A stretch of DNA of 64,000 nucleotides from Camelus ferus (Eukaryota): assembly GCF_009834535.1 (NCBI RefSeq), contig NC_045697.1, positions 115,260,001-115,324,000 on the forward strand. Reading direction: 5' to 3'. Under the pieces are notes generated by a model, which had not been told where the DNA came from, made no database searches, and saw nothing but the letters and a program-made list of their open reading frames with translations. This document shows positions 14,433-25,422 of this stretch, piece by piece. Position 1 is the first letter of the stretch. The number at the start of each line of letters is the position of its first letter. A program made the position numbers and the translations under genes.

Positions 14433-14639
14433 GTAAGGGATAAGGATCCGTGGTTGGTTATAGAGAAGAAAGGGTGGTGAATCCAAATAAATTACTGAGC
14501 TAAAGGATCATGGTCTCAGTAGGAGAGGGAGACAAACTGGCCAGAGAGAAGCGAGGATCAGCTGATCTTCTAGGTCAGTGGATCTCTAGGACTTACTCAC
14601 CTTGGATAATGGAAACTGTACATCCTTTGACTGTTTGAT

Positions 14640-15963
14640 CTAAGTTAAAGGCAACTAGACAAATGCAGTCCCTTCTAGACTTCCTGTTGCACGTGGAGGA
14701 GAAAAAAGTAAAAAGACTAAGAAACACTTCTGAAGATCACAGCCCAGGGACCGACGCCAGGAAAGGATGAACAGATTTAGTCACACGATTATAGAATGCA
14801 TGTTCTCCAAAACCTAATCACCACAGGAATATGGCGCCAGGATATTAATAGTGGATTACATCTGAGAGAGCTGCAAAACATACTCTATTTAAGAAAGTGT
14901 TTAGGGAAAACCAAAGACAAAGGGGAGAAAAACAACAAAAAGGCTGGAGGAAATGAAAGCCTTTGGCGCCCAGAGCTGCAACCAATGTTAAATGTCTCTC
15001 TGTTCTTACACAGATTAATGTAAAACCTCACACTAAAAGCCAGATGCTCTTTGTTCCTATATCCAGATACATCATTTCCAGCTTTCAGTAAAAAATTATG
15101 AGGCATTTAAAGACAAGACAAAAGCAAGTTAGAAAAGACAAAGAGAGCATCAGAAGGAGACAGATTTTGTCATCAACAGATAGAGAATTTAAATATGTTA
15201 TGATTAAGTTTTTCTCTAATGGAAAAAAGTAAACCAGATGTAAGAACAGAGAGATTAATGTAAGCAGAGAGATGGAAATGCTGTGAAAGAGTCAGAAGAA
15301 AATGCTAGAAATCAAGAACACCGTAAAGGAAATGAGGAATGCCTTCTTGGATGGGCTGATGAGTAGACTGGACACAGTCGAGGAAAGATTCAGTGACCTT
15401 GAAGATTTGTCAATAGACAGTTCCAAAACTGGAATGCCACAAGAAGGAAAGAGTGTGATGAAAATGGACAAGACTGCAAGAAGAAATGGACAAATATTTT
15501 ATTACAGTTGGAGATTTAAACACACCTCTGTCAGTAAGTGACAGATCAAGCAGATGAGAATTCAGTGAGGGTAGATTTGAACTGAACAATTAATCTAGAT
15601 CTAGTTGCCTTTTATAGACTATGTCACAAAACAAGAGCAGAATACATATTCTTCGCAAACTCACATGGAACATTGGCTAAGATCTACCATATTTGGAGTC
15701 ATAAAACAGACATCAACAAATTTAAAAGAACAGAAATCATACAAAATATGCTCTCAGACCACAGCAGAATTAAACTGAAAGTCAAAAAACAGAATGCTGA
15801 AAAACTACAATATATTTGGAAATTAAAAAAAATTAATGCATATGTTTCAAATAACACCATAATTAAGGAAGAAGTCTCAAGAAAAATTCAAAAATATTTC
15901 GAACTAAATGAAAATACAACTCATCGAAAATGTTACAATGCAACAAGCATGAATACATCTATC
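14640..15963 (+). mobile_element. Old L1: 5' region, ORF1 coiled coil, and C-terminal half of the ORF2 endonuclease
   Basis: ORF 15302-15541 MLEIKNTVKEMRNAF..SRLDTVEERFSDLED (ORF1p); then ggagatttaaacacacctctgtca (GDxNTPLS) and ORF 15673+ KIYHIWSHK..NKFKRTEIIQNMLSDHS (endonuclease SDH motif). Confidence 0.88.
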
Positions 15964-16063
15964 NNNNNNNNNNNNNNNNNNNNNNNNNNNNNNNNNNNNN
16001 NNNNNNNNNNNNNNNNNNNNNNNNNNNNNNNNNNNNNNNNNNNNNNNNNNNNNNNNNNNNNNN
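15964..16063. other. Assembly gap (100 N)
   Basis: Run of N; exactly 100 is the usual placeholder for a gap of unknown size. Confidence 0.99.
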
Positions 16064-16299
16064 CATATTAAATTAATCTATATACATATTTGGGGTTTCA
16101 AAGCCATTGGAAAATTTTATTAAATAATTCAGGAATCTAAATTTGAAATTAAATTAAAAATACATTTTCAGATAAACATAAATGATCAAATTAATTCAAA
16201 AATATATTTAAAAAACAGATGAAAAAGCAGAAGTTATACAAATAGGCAAAATTTTACACAGACCCAGACATAACACACACACACAGCCAAATTTTACTA

Positions 16300-16672
16300 A
16301 CATTTAAAGACACAAATGATCCTTAATCCTTATCTTGAACAAGTTTTTCCACAGAATAAAAGAAGGTAGAGCTACCAGATTTATTTATTCAGTTTACGTA
16401 ATCTTTATACCAAAATTGGTGAAGGATTGTATTAAAAAAAAATTACATAGGTCAGTCTCACTATACTTAATATAAATGAAAATCATTCTTCTAATTTAGC
16501 AAATTAAATCCAGCACCATATCCAAGATAAACCACGATCATTAGGCTTTTTCCATAGAACGTTAGAATGGTTTATCAAGACACGTAGTAATGAAATTTAC
16601 CACATTAACAGATCAAGGGAGACATGTAAGCGAAATTGTCTCAGAGGCAGATAAAGCATTTTCTAAAATCAC
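16300..16672 (+). mobile_element. Old L1 ORF2 reverse-transcriptase fragment
   Basis: atctttataccaaaa (LIPK), aaattacataggtcagtctcact (NYRPISL-like), gcagataaagcattttctaaaatc (ADKAFSKI vs consensus AEKAFDKI). Confidence 0.75.
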
Positions 16673-17284
16673 AGAGGTGGCGAGTGGCCAAGGTAGGTGT
16701 GTGAGTTTAAACCTGGGCTTGCTTGACTGCTTGCAATACACCAGGGGAACTGAGAGAAAAGCTTCAGAACTTTCCTATTTTTATGATGCCATGTGCTGTT
16801 TTGAACTTGCATCCCACACTAATTAATGTGAATCTGCAAGTTCTCTGCACTTTGTTCTGTTAATCGTCCAACTTGACCTTCCTTTCTATCTCTCTACCAT
16901 GTCTGTTTTATTCTGACCTCCGTTGTAATTGACTTGCCAGGCCTTTGAGCCACCTGTGAGAAACAGACTCAGTGTACATCAGTCCAGATTCTGAAACTAT
17001 TTCAGGAATGCATCTAACGGCATCATTTTGCATCAAATCTGCAAACTATTTTCAACTTTCTTGACTTACAAAATAATTCCACTAACATTAATTGGAATTA
17101 ATTAGAAATTCAGCATTGTATAAGCTATCTGCAATATAAAAATAGTCAAATATTCTTTATTTTGAACCAAATTAAGTAGCTATATAGTTTCTATATAGGT
17201 TTTTGTATCAATTAAAATGTATTTACTTAGAGAATATTTAGTCTGGAATCTGTCTGTGAAATCTATGGAATTTATACTTAAGAA

Positions 17285-20078
17285 TTTTTTATTGAGGTAT
17301 AATTGATATACAATAATATATGTTTCAGGTGTACAACATAATGATTTACAATGTTTAAAGGTTATATTTATTTTATAGTTAATATAAAATATTGGCTATA
17401 TCCTCTGTACAATATATCCTTGTAGCTTATTTATTTTATAAATAGTAGTTTGCACCTCTTAATATCCTTCCCTAATTTGCCCCTCCCCTTTCCCTCTCCT
17501 CACTGATAACCACTAGTTTGTTCTTTATATATGTTTGTTTTCTTTTTGTTATATTCACTCTTTTGCTTCAATTTTTAGATTCCACATGCAAGTGATACCA
17601 TACAGTATTTGTCTTTCTCTCTCTGGTGTATTTCACTTAGCATAACGTCCTTCAGGTCCATCCATGTTGTTGCAGATGGCAAAATTTCATTCTTTTCAAT
17701 GGCTAAGTAGTATTCCAGTGTGTGTGTGTGTAAATATACTACTTTTTCTCTATCCACCCATCTGCTGATGGACACTTAGAATGCTTCCATTTTAACTACA
17801 ATGTGTATTGGTGTGCTCCTCTTTGGGTTAATCCTATATTGGACTCTGCACTTCCTGGAATTGGATGTCTGTTTCCTTTCCCAAGTTAGGGAGATTTTTA
17901 GTTATTATGTCTTTAATTATGTTCTCAGACGCTTTCTCACTCTCTTCTCCTTCTGGGACCCGTATTACACAAATTATTAGTGCACTTGACTTTGTCCCAG
18001 ACGTTTCTTAAACTGTCCTAATTTCATTCCATTCTTTTTTCTTTTGTTCTGTTCAGCATTGGTGATTTCCACTACTCTGTCTTCCAGCTTGCTCATCCAT
18101 TCCTCTGTATCATTTAGTCTACTATTGATTCCTTCTGTGTACTTTTCATTTACATTCTTGTATTCTTCATCTCTGTTTGGCTGTTCTTTTTATTTTCTAA
18201 CTCATTGTTAAAAAATTCTAACTTCTCATTCTGTGTACCTATTTTTCTCCCTAGTTCTTCGATCATTTCTACAATCACTATCCTAAACTCTTTCTTGAGG
18301 GAAGAGTTGCCTATCTCTACTTCACTTAATTCTTCTTCTGGGGTTTCATATTGCCTTCTTTTGGGACCTAGTCCTCTGCCATCTTGTTCTTCCTAACTTA
18401 CTATTTTTATTTTTATGTACCTGGTAGGTTGATTATGATTCTCAACCTTGGAGAAGTAGTCTTTTGTTAGACATGTTCTATGCATCTCAGTAGCACAATT
18501 TCTTTTTGTCACCAAAGCTATTTGCTCCATGAGGGAGCTGCATGGTTCTTTCTGTCAAGGTGGGATGTCTGTATGGGCAGTCTGTTAGAATTGATTGCCC
18601 CCGGTCTTGTTGGTTGCCAGATCCTGTCTTGTGCAGAGGCTGCTGGCCACTGATTGGCAGGACTAGATCACAAGACAGCAGTAACCTGGAGTTGCTGGGC
18701 TACAGGTGGGTGGAGTCAGGTCCTGGAGACCCCAGGGCTATTGCCCAACCACTGATGGGCAGAGTCAGATCCTAGAGTCTGATTGCAAGACCCATGGATC
18801 CCAGAGCTGGTGCTGGATCACTAGTAGTTGGAGTCTGTTCCTGACACAGTTTGCTGTGGGGCCGGGAGTCTCTTAAAGCTTTTGTTGGCTTCCTAGTGAG
18901 TGGGACCAGGTGTCAGACAATCTCAGGGCAGGATCTGGCCTTCTAGTGAGTGGGTCAGGTCCACAGGCTGCAGGGCTGCAGTTTTCTCATGCCTGGTATC
19001 TGCCTGCTGCTCTTGGCCTGAGGATAGAGCAGGCTCACTGGTGGATGAGGTCAGGTCCCAGGGCAAGATCTGGCCTGCTAATGGGTGGATCTGGGACTGA
19101 GGGCCGCTGGCTGGATGACTTTGGCTGTCTTTGATCTAGTGCCTGGGGTGCATGGGACCATGTCCAGGCCCCTCTGCTGGGCAGAGCAGGGTCCAGAGGT
19201 AGCTGTGGGCTCAGGGCATCTTAAGGTAACATGTCTGCTAGTGGGTAGGGCTGTATCCATGCCCAGTTAGCTACTCGGCCTGAGGTGTCCCAGCACCGCT
19301 GTTTACAGACAGACTGTTTAACCAGAATGGGGCTGGATCCAGAGGCTAATAAGCTAGAGGAAGGATTCCAGAATGGTGTTTGCAGCACCAGGGTCCACAT
19401 GGTGTAGAAGGAACTTCCCCGAATGGCTGCTGCCAGTAACCGTGTTCCCACAGTGAGCTTCAGCTGCTTCTTGCCTCTCCAGGAGATTCTCCAAGATCAG
19501 CAGGTGGGTCTGACCTAGGCTTCCATTAAATCATGGGCTTTTCCCTGGGTCTGGAGCTGGACCTTGTGAAAGTTTATGTCCTCCCCTTAAGAGGGAAGTC
19601 TCTATTTCCTCCAGCCTCTGGGACTCCTAAATTAAGCTCCACTTGCCTTCAAAAACCAAATGCTCTGTATGTATATGCATGACTGGGACGTTGTGCTGTA
19701 CACCAGAAATTGACACATTGTAACTGACTGTACTTCAGTTAAAAAAAATAAAGCTCTTAGGGCTCCTCTTCCCAGTGCAGGGCCCTGTGCTGGGGAGCCT
19801 GACATGGGGCCCTAACCTCTTACTCCTCACCTCTGCAACTGTAATTATCCTCCTGTTTGTGGGTCGCTCCCTTGGGGGTACAGGGCCAAACTATATCAGA
19901 CTCTGCCCCTCCTACCCACCTTATTGTGATTCTTTATTTATTTAGTTGTAGATCTTTTTTGGTAGGATTCAGCCTTTTTCATTGACAGTTATTTTCCAAA
20001 TAGTTGTGATTTTGGTGTGCCTATAAGAGAATATGAGCTCAAGGTCTTTCTAACCCACCATCTTGCCACTTGCTAACT
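17285..20078 (-). mobile_element. Internally deleted L1: 5'UTR and partial ORF1 fused directly to the ORF2 end and 3'UTR
   Basis: Poly(T)/3'UTR/ORF2 end at 17285-17790, ORF1-like at 17791-18430, GC-richer 5'UTR to about 20078; flanked by degenerate TSD gaatttatacttaagaa (17268-17284) / gaattctatatttaagaa (20079-20096). Confidence 0.85.
19667..19748 (+). mobile_element. Short young L1 3' end nested in the L1 5'UTR
   Basis: gtatatgcatgactgggacgttgtgctgtacaccagaaattgacacattgtaactgactgtacttcagtt plus poly(A); TSD-like aaatgctct / aaagctct. Confidence 0.85.
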
Positions 20079-20996
20079 GAATTCTATATTTAAGAATTAA
20101 TAATCATCTGTTTCAGCATAAAATGTAAACCAGCCTTCTTTTAAAACAATCCAACCAACAAATGCAACAAAAATGACCCCTGTTTCTCTCACTGCATGTC
20201 CCGCCATGGAAATATACCCAGAATCAAGAAACACAATATTTTATGTAGTTGAATTTGCAGGGAGAAGGTGTAACAGTGCCTAAAGCCATAATTTGTAATA
20301 GCATACTAAAAAATATTCATCAACCACAGATGGAGTTCAAATTATCTGCATAACAAAACTGGAAATACCTGTAACTCACAGGTAGTTCAGAAGGTAATAA
20401 AGGCAGTTGGCAGATTCTTCACCAAATGGTCCTTCTGGAAACCTGTCAACTCTCTTCACAGATAACATCACCCTGTTGCTACATTTGGCATGCCAATTTA
20501 GGAAAGATCTCCTGGTGTATTTTCTTGGACTGATAGGAGTTTAAAAGTGACCACACGTTTTCCAGAACAATATAGCTTTGCTTGCAATGCCATTTATGAT
20601 CCAATACAGAATTTTCCTTTTTCTCTAAGGGCTAAAGAAGAGTCTGTGGGGAAAAAAGAATTGTTAATTTTTACACTGGCTTGCTTTGAAGTTTTTTGTT
20701 TGAAAAATACATTAAAACTCTTTTACAGCTTTAAACTGAAAAAGTAATATAAACCTTATAAATTGTTTTTAAAAGATTCATAACTATTATATTATCATTG
20801 AACAATTAATTTACAAATTATGAGAAGTAGTTTACTAAAAAATGCTCTAGCCAAGAGATACTGGTAAAATTTATGGAGAGGTAGTTATATATTTTTGCTA
20901 CTTTTTTAGAACCATAACAGTATGTATTCATCTCAAATCCTTTAGGGAAAATTATGGGGAATTGCAAGAAGATTAACATTAATATATGAATGAATA

Positions 20997-21221
20997 CAGA
21001 GTTAACCCTTAAACAACACAGGTTTGAACTGCATGAGTCCACTTACATGTGGATGTTTTTCAACAGTAAGTGTTACAGTGCTGCACAGTTGGTAGTTTTT
21101 TGAATGCATGGACATGCAAACACAGACTCAGAGGAACTGCATATGCAGGGGACCAGCTATGAGTTATATACAGATTTTGACAACAAGGAGGGTTAGTCTC
21201 ACATTATTCAAGAGTCAACTG
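20997..21221 (+). mobile_element. Tigger2/MER28-like Tc1-mariner MITE
   Basis: TIRs cagagttaacccttaaacaacac / attattcaagagtcaactg with TA on both flanks; internal ggtttgaactgcatgagtccactta. Confidence 0.82.
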
Positions 21222-21334
21222 TATTAAGTGAACCAATTAATAAATACATGAACTATGGAGAGACAGTTTCAGAGAATGAGAACAAAAGATAAGGGGAAAA
21301 CAAGAGATGACACAGCCTTAAGACTGTCATAAAA

Positions 21335-21520
21335 GGACGGGTCTCCAAGTGTGATCACTGGAACGGTAGCTTAGCACCCACTGGAAACTTGCGAGGAGTT
21401 CAGATTCTCGGGATCCTCCCCAAACCTCCTGAACCTGAACTCTGTGAATCTATCATCTGTGTTTTTAAAATGTCTTCAGGAGATTCTGAAGTGCACAGTA
21501 AAGTTCTGAGAAGCGGTATC
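21335..21520. mobile_element. MER5A-like hAT-Charlie MITE
   Basis: tctccaagtgtgatc...ctggaaacttg...cagattctcgggatcctcccaaacctcctgaac...caggagattctgaagtgcacagtaaagttctgagaagc. Confidence 0.7.
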
Positions 21521-21639
21521 CTAAGATCGCCATCCATGGATTCTGCTATCCCTTACATAAAGTAGAATTCATGATCCCTCATTAAAATCCCATCCTTGCA
21601 GAAACCTTCAATTTCTGTCTTCCCCTAACACCTCATTGT

Positions 21640-22965
21640 ACCTTCCTGGCAACAGCCATGACGAGTAAATCCAACTCACAGAACAGCTGAATACGGCTAT
21701 GATGAAATGCCTGTGACCATGAAGATGGGTCTCACTTTATGCTCAGAACTGCTAAGGTCAAGTGCATTTTCAATGCTGCTCCAAATCCAGCCCACTCACT
21801 CTGTTCTCCTAGACTATCCCATGCCTTCTCCTCATTCCACTCCAGATCTCTTCTCCCATTCTCATTCTAATTGAATAACCATGTTTTCTATTTATGGAGA
21901 AAACAGAAATTATCAGAGTAGAATTTGTGCTTGGTGATAACCCCACGTTTAACAACTTGCATCTGCCCATTTACTCTACTGTTGCTCTAGTTTCAATGAA
22001 GAAACTATGTGTGCTCCTATTTAGAGCAGTGGCCATTCTTGTAGTTTTGATCCTGTCTGCTCTCACCTGATCAAGGACAGAATTCCAAAAATGATACCCT
22101 CTCTCTTCCATCTCTTCTAATATTTTATTTTCCACTTTAGTGTAACATTTGTATGAGCTTATAGACATCTTACAATTTCTTCCATTAAAAAAAAAAAAAA
22201 AAGACCCTCTCTTAAGGGGGAGTGTATAGCTCAAGTGGTAGAGCGTGTGCTTAGCATGCAGGAGGTCCTGGGTTCAATCCCCAGTACCGCCTCTAAAAAT
22301 AAGTAAATAAATAAACCTAATTACCCACCAAAAACTCAAATAAATAAATAAAATAACATTAAAAAAATAAAGACTAGTCTATATTTAAAAAAAAATAAAC
22401 CCTCTCTTGACCCCACATGATCTGCCCTCCATGTCCCTGAATCTTTATCCTCATTTTTTATTTCTCTCCTCCTTTTCTGCTCCAGTCACACTGTCTCCTT
22501 TGTGGTTCCTCAAATACTCCAGGCACACTCCAACCTAAGAATCTCTACTCTTAGCTGTCTTCTCTAACTGGGATTTTATTTTCCCAAACAATTGCGTGGT
22601 TGACTGCTGCATCTTCTTCAAGACTAACCTTAAGTCTCACTGTATCTGTGAGACCTACCTGGACCACCCTACTTAACAGGGTGTCTTCATCCTGAGCCTT
22701 GCATACTCCTGTACCTCCTGGTACTCCTGTATACTTGGGACCCCCCTTACGTATGCAGGTTTTCCTTGTTTCTGTAATGTGTATCTTGTTCTAAAACTAT
22801 GCAGTTTACTTATTCACTATCCCATTAAAATGTAAGATAGAACATAAGGTCTAAGGTGAAAAGACATCTCTGTTGTATTTACTTATGTATCCCATATCTG
22901 GAACAAGAACTGAACTCTTGCATGTTTATGTATTCATTGAATTAATTAATGCAAATAAATGAAAT
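21640..22965 (+). mobile_element. L2 LINE (interrupted by a SINE)
   Basis: Pyrimidine-rich L2 body (tgctccagtcacactgtctcctttgtggttcctcaaatactccaggcac) ending in an attgaattaattaatgcaaataaatgaa tail. Confidence 0.72.
22216..22398 (+). mobile_element. tRNA-Ala(AGC)-derived SINE, vic-1-like (camelid)
   Basis: A box tagctcaagtgg, anticodon arm gtgcttagcatgc, B box ggttcaatccc, A-rich tail; TSD accctctctt at 22204-22213 and 22399-22408. Confidence 0.9.
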
Positions 22966-24299
22966 ACACTAGTCCCAGGATGGTTCTTAACACTTAATGT
23001 TAGCAGAAAGTGGAGACCCTAGAGAACTGCAAGTTGAAACACATATTTGAAGAGTAAGACTTTTATTTCCAGAAATGTTCCGGCCCAGAGGTGATAGTGA
23101 TTTCCTGCTTTTATGAGGTTTTGTGGTGATTCTTCATCTCTTGATAGATTTTCTCAAGCCTGTCTTTACCTTTGTAAATATTCTCAGAGCCATGAAGGGA
23201 AGGGAATTCTGGGAAATGTAGTTCCAACATATCTAAGTTAACATAGTACGAAACAGTCACACTCCACCCCTTATCAGCTAGGTATCCATACCAGACATCC
23301 TCTTTGAATTATTCTTTACTTCTAAAAATAAGCAATATTTAAATCGTTTCCACTATACCTTCTACCATCTGGAGAGAGAAAAAAAAAAAAAAAAGCTAAC
23401 TCACTCCCCAGAAGAAGAGACAAAGCCCTACCTATCATTTATTTATCCTTGGTTGAAGTTTGAGTCCACTTTTAACAGAGCCACAAACACTTTGATATCC
23501 TTAAATCCTGGTATATAATGTCAGTCCTTATTAAAACATTTTATTTCAGCTGATAAAGCAATGGAATAGAGGAAGAAAATAATTCCTGAATATATAAAAA
23601 TGTATTTATATAAAAATAATGAAGTTACTATAACCATTATATTCTTTATTTCATGTTTCATGCTGGTATTTATATATGCCTTCTCCACTATCCATTTCAT
23701 ATTCCTTTTACCCTCAGCAAGAACATTGCCTGTTTGTGATTCCCTGCATTGTGGGGTTTCCAACAATTTACCCTGAGGGTATGGGTTATAGCAGTCTGAC
23801 CTGCCCTGGGTTGTAACAGTTTTCCACTAAATTTTATCAGAAGACATGAGCTGTATCATGGGTATCCTTTATTCCAGACATACATTTCCTTTCTCCCATG
23901 GTGAGAAGCAACCCAATTTCTCTTTGGAAATGAGAGTTAATCGCCTTATTCAATACAGTACCTCACTTCTCTGCCCATTGGTTTACTGGAATGAAGAATC
24001 CAAAGAGGCTATATGCCAGTCTCACCTCCAGTTCAGTGGGACCATTGCCATGTCCCTGCTGAAAACATCCTTCACAATGAAGGTAAGATGTGGATGTCTG
24101 CAGAAATCAAAGTTGAGAAAATGGAGAAGAAAATGTTTGCTGTTCAGTCCTTGGGATAACGATGGGAGAACATGCTCCCATTTCATCTCTGAGTCCTGGA
24201 CCTGTGACCACTACTTATGAGTTAAAGCAAACTCTATATTAGTTGTTGATTCAATCTATGCTAGATTGCATTTTTCCAGTCCTGGAAGATATTTCCACC

Positions 24300-25215
24300 A
24301 ACTTGCACTATACATGAATTTCCAAAAGGCTGCTCATTATTTTACTGGGACAGCTATTTCAGTGTGAGACTGAATATAGTAAAGATCAGTCAATCCCATG
24401 AGCATGCATTCATCGTTCAACTGCATCTTATATAAAATGAGCCCCCTGGCCAGAAGCCATGCAGTGTAGAATATCATAATGGTGAGTAGGTCATTCTACA
24501 ATGACATCAAGAATGGTTTGGGCAGAAGCACTGCACGCAGGGAAGATAAACTCCTATACAAGAAGACAGCCTCTTCCATGGTGGGAGTACTCAGTGTAGG
24601 CAACCTGTCCCACGAAGCTAGATGGATGCCTTGGAGAACAAGGCCATATTGGAGACTCAGTGTGACCACCAAGTGTGCACACAACTGCCAACTTGCTGTT
24701 GGCAAGTGACACACTCAGCAGTAGGTATTGTCTAGTGAGCTCATGCATAACGTAGTCCCTGCTGTCACAGTCACTTTGTTCATGAGCCAATTTTGTGAGG
24801 ACAGAATCGTTGGGGAAAAATTGAATAATGTCTACAGAACACAGCAATTTTTATCCAATTAGTTACTAAGATCCTCTTCTGAGACTCCTCCTTGGTTAGC
24901 ATTTAGTTGGGCACATATATGTTCACCTTCTGTATGAATTTGGTGATGTCTATTCATACCATTATTCAGCAAAGAAACTTTGTTTCAGATTTCCTAATGG
25001 TATCCTTTCTGTGTTACCCACCTTTCAGCCACTTTGCCACTGCTTCTCAATTGAAGTAGATACATATTTATCAACCTCTCCTTCCAGCCAGGAAAAATGA
25101 GTAGTCTAGTGTGCAGCTCAAAATTCTGCTTTTCTTCTGTAGAAGCATCCTTGTGTGGGGCTGTGATATTGCAGCCATCCACTTCCCCGGGTGCCGGTGT
25201 ATCTTCAAAATATGT
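24300..25215 (-). pseudogene. ERV-L pol remnant (RNase H and integrase)
   Basis: ORF-track peptides LAHEQSDCDSRD and TLSLQYGLVLQGIHLASW resemble HERV-L integrase WAHEQSGHGGRD / TLSPRYGTIPRGDQPATW; aagtggatggctgcaatatcacagccc resembles KWTAAALQP. Frameshifts and stops are present. Confidence 0.8.
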
Positions 25216-25217
25216 GC

Positions 25218-25422
25218 AGACACACACTACTGTATGTAAAATAGATAAACAGCAAGGCCCTAGTGTACAGCACAGGGAACTACATTCAATATCTTGTAGT
25301 CACCTAGAATGAAGAAGAATGTGAAAACAGATATATGTACGTATATGCATGACTGAAACATGCTGTACAAGAGAAACTGACACAATATTGTAAACTGACT
25401 ATACTTCTATTAAAAAAAAATA
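25218..25422 (+). mobile_element. Short young L1 3' end inserted in ERV-L pol
   Basis: gtacagcacagggaactacattcaatatcttgta...tgtaaactgactatacttctattaaaaaaaaa. Confidence 0.88.

Noticed and set aside
18540..19620. GC-rich stretch with several overlapping ORFs resembling a gene or promoter
   Set aside because: It is the L1 5'UTR with degenerate internal repeats (ggcagagtcagatcc-like); CpGs are largely decayed.
22216..22292. Apparent tRNA-Ala(AGC) gene (also at 38369-38447)
   Set aside because: The acceptor stem is imperfect and there is an A-rich tail with TSDs instead of an oligo-T terminator, so these are SINEs.
23846..24220. 124-aa plus-strand ORF
   Set aside because: It is antisense to the ERV-L internal sequence and has no recognisable protein features.
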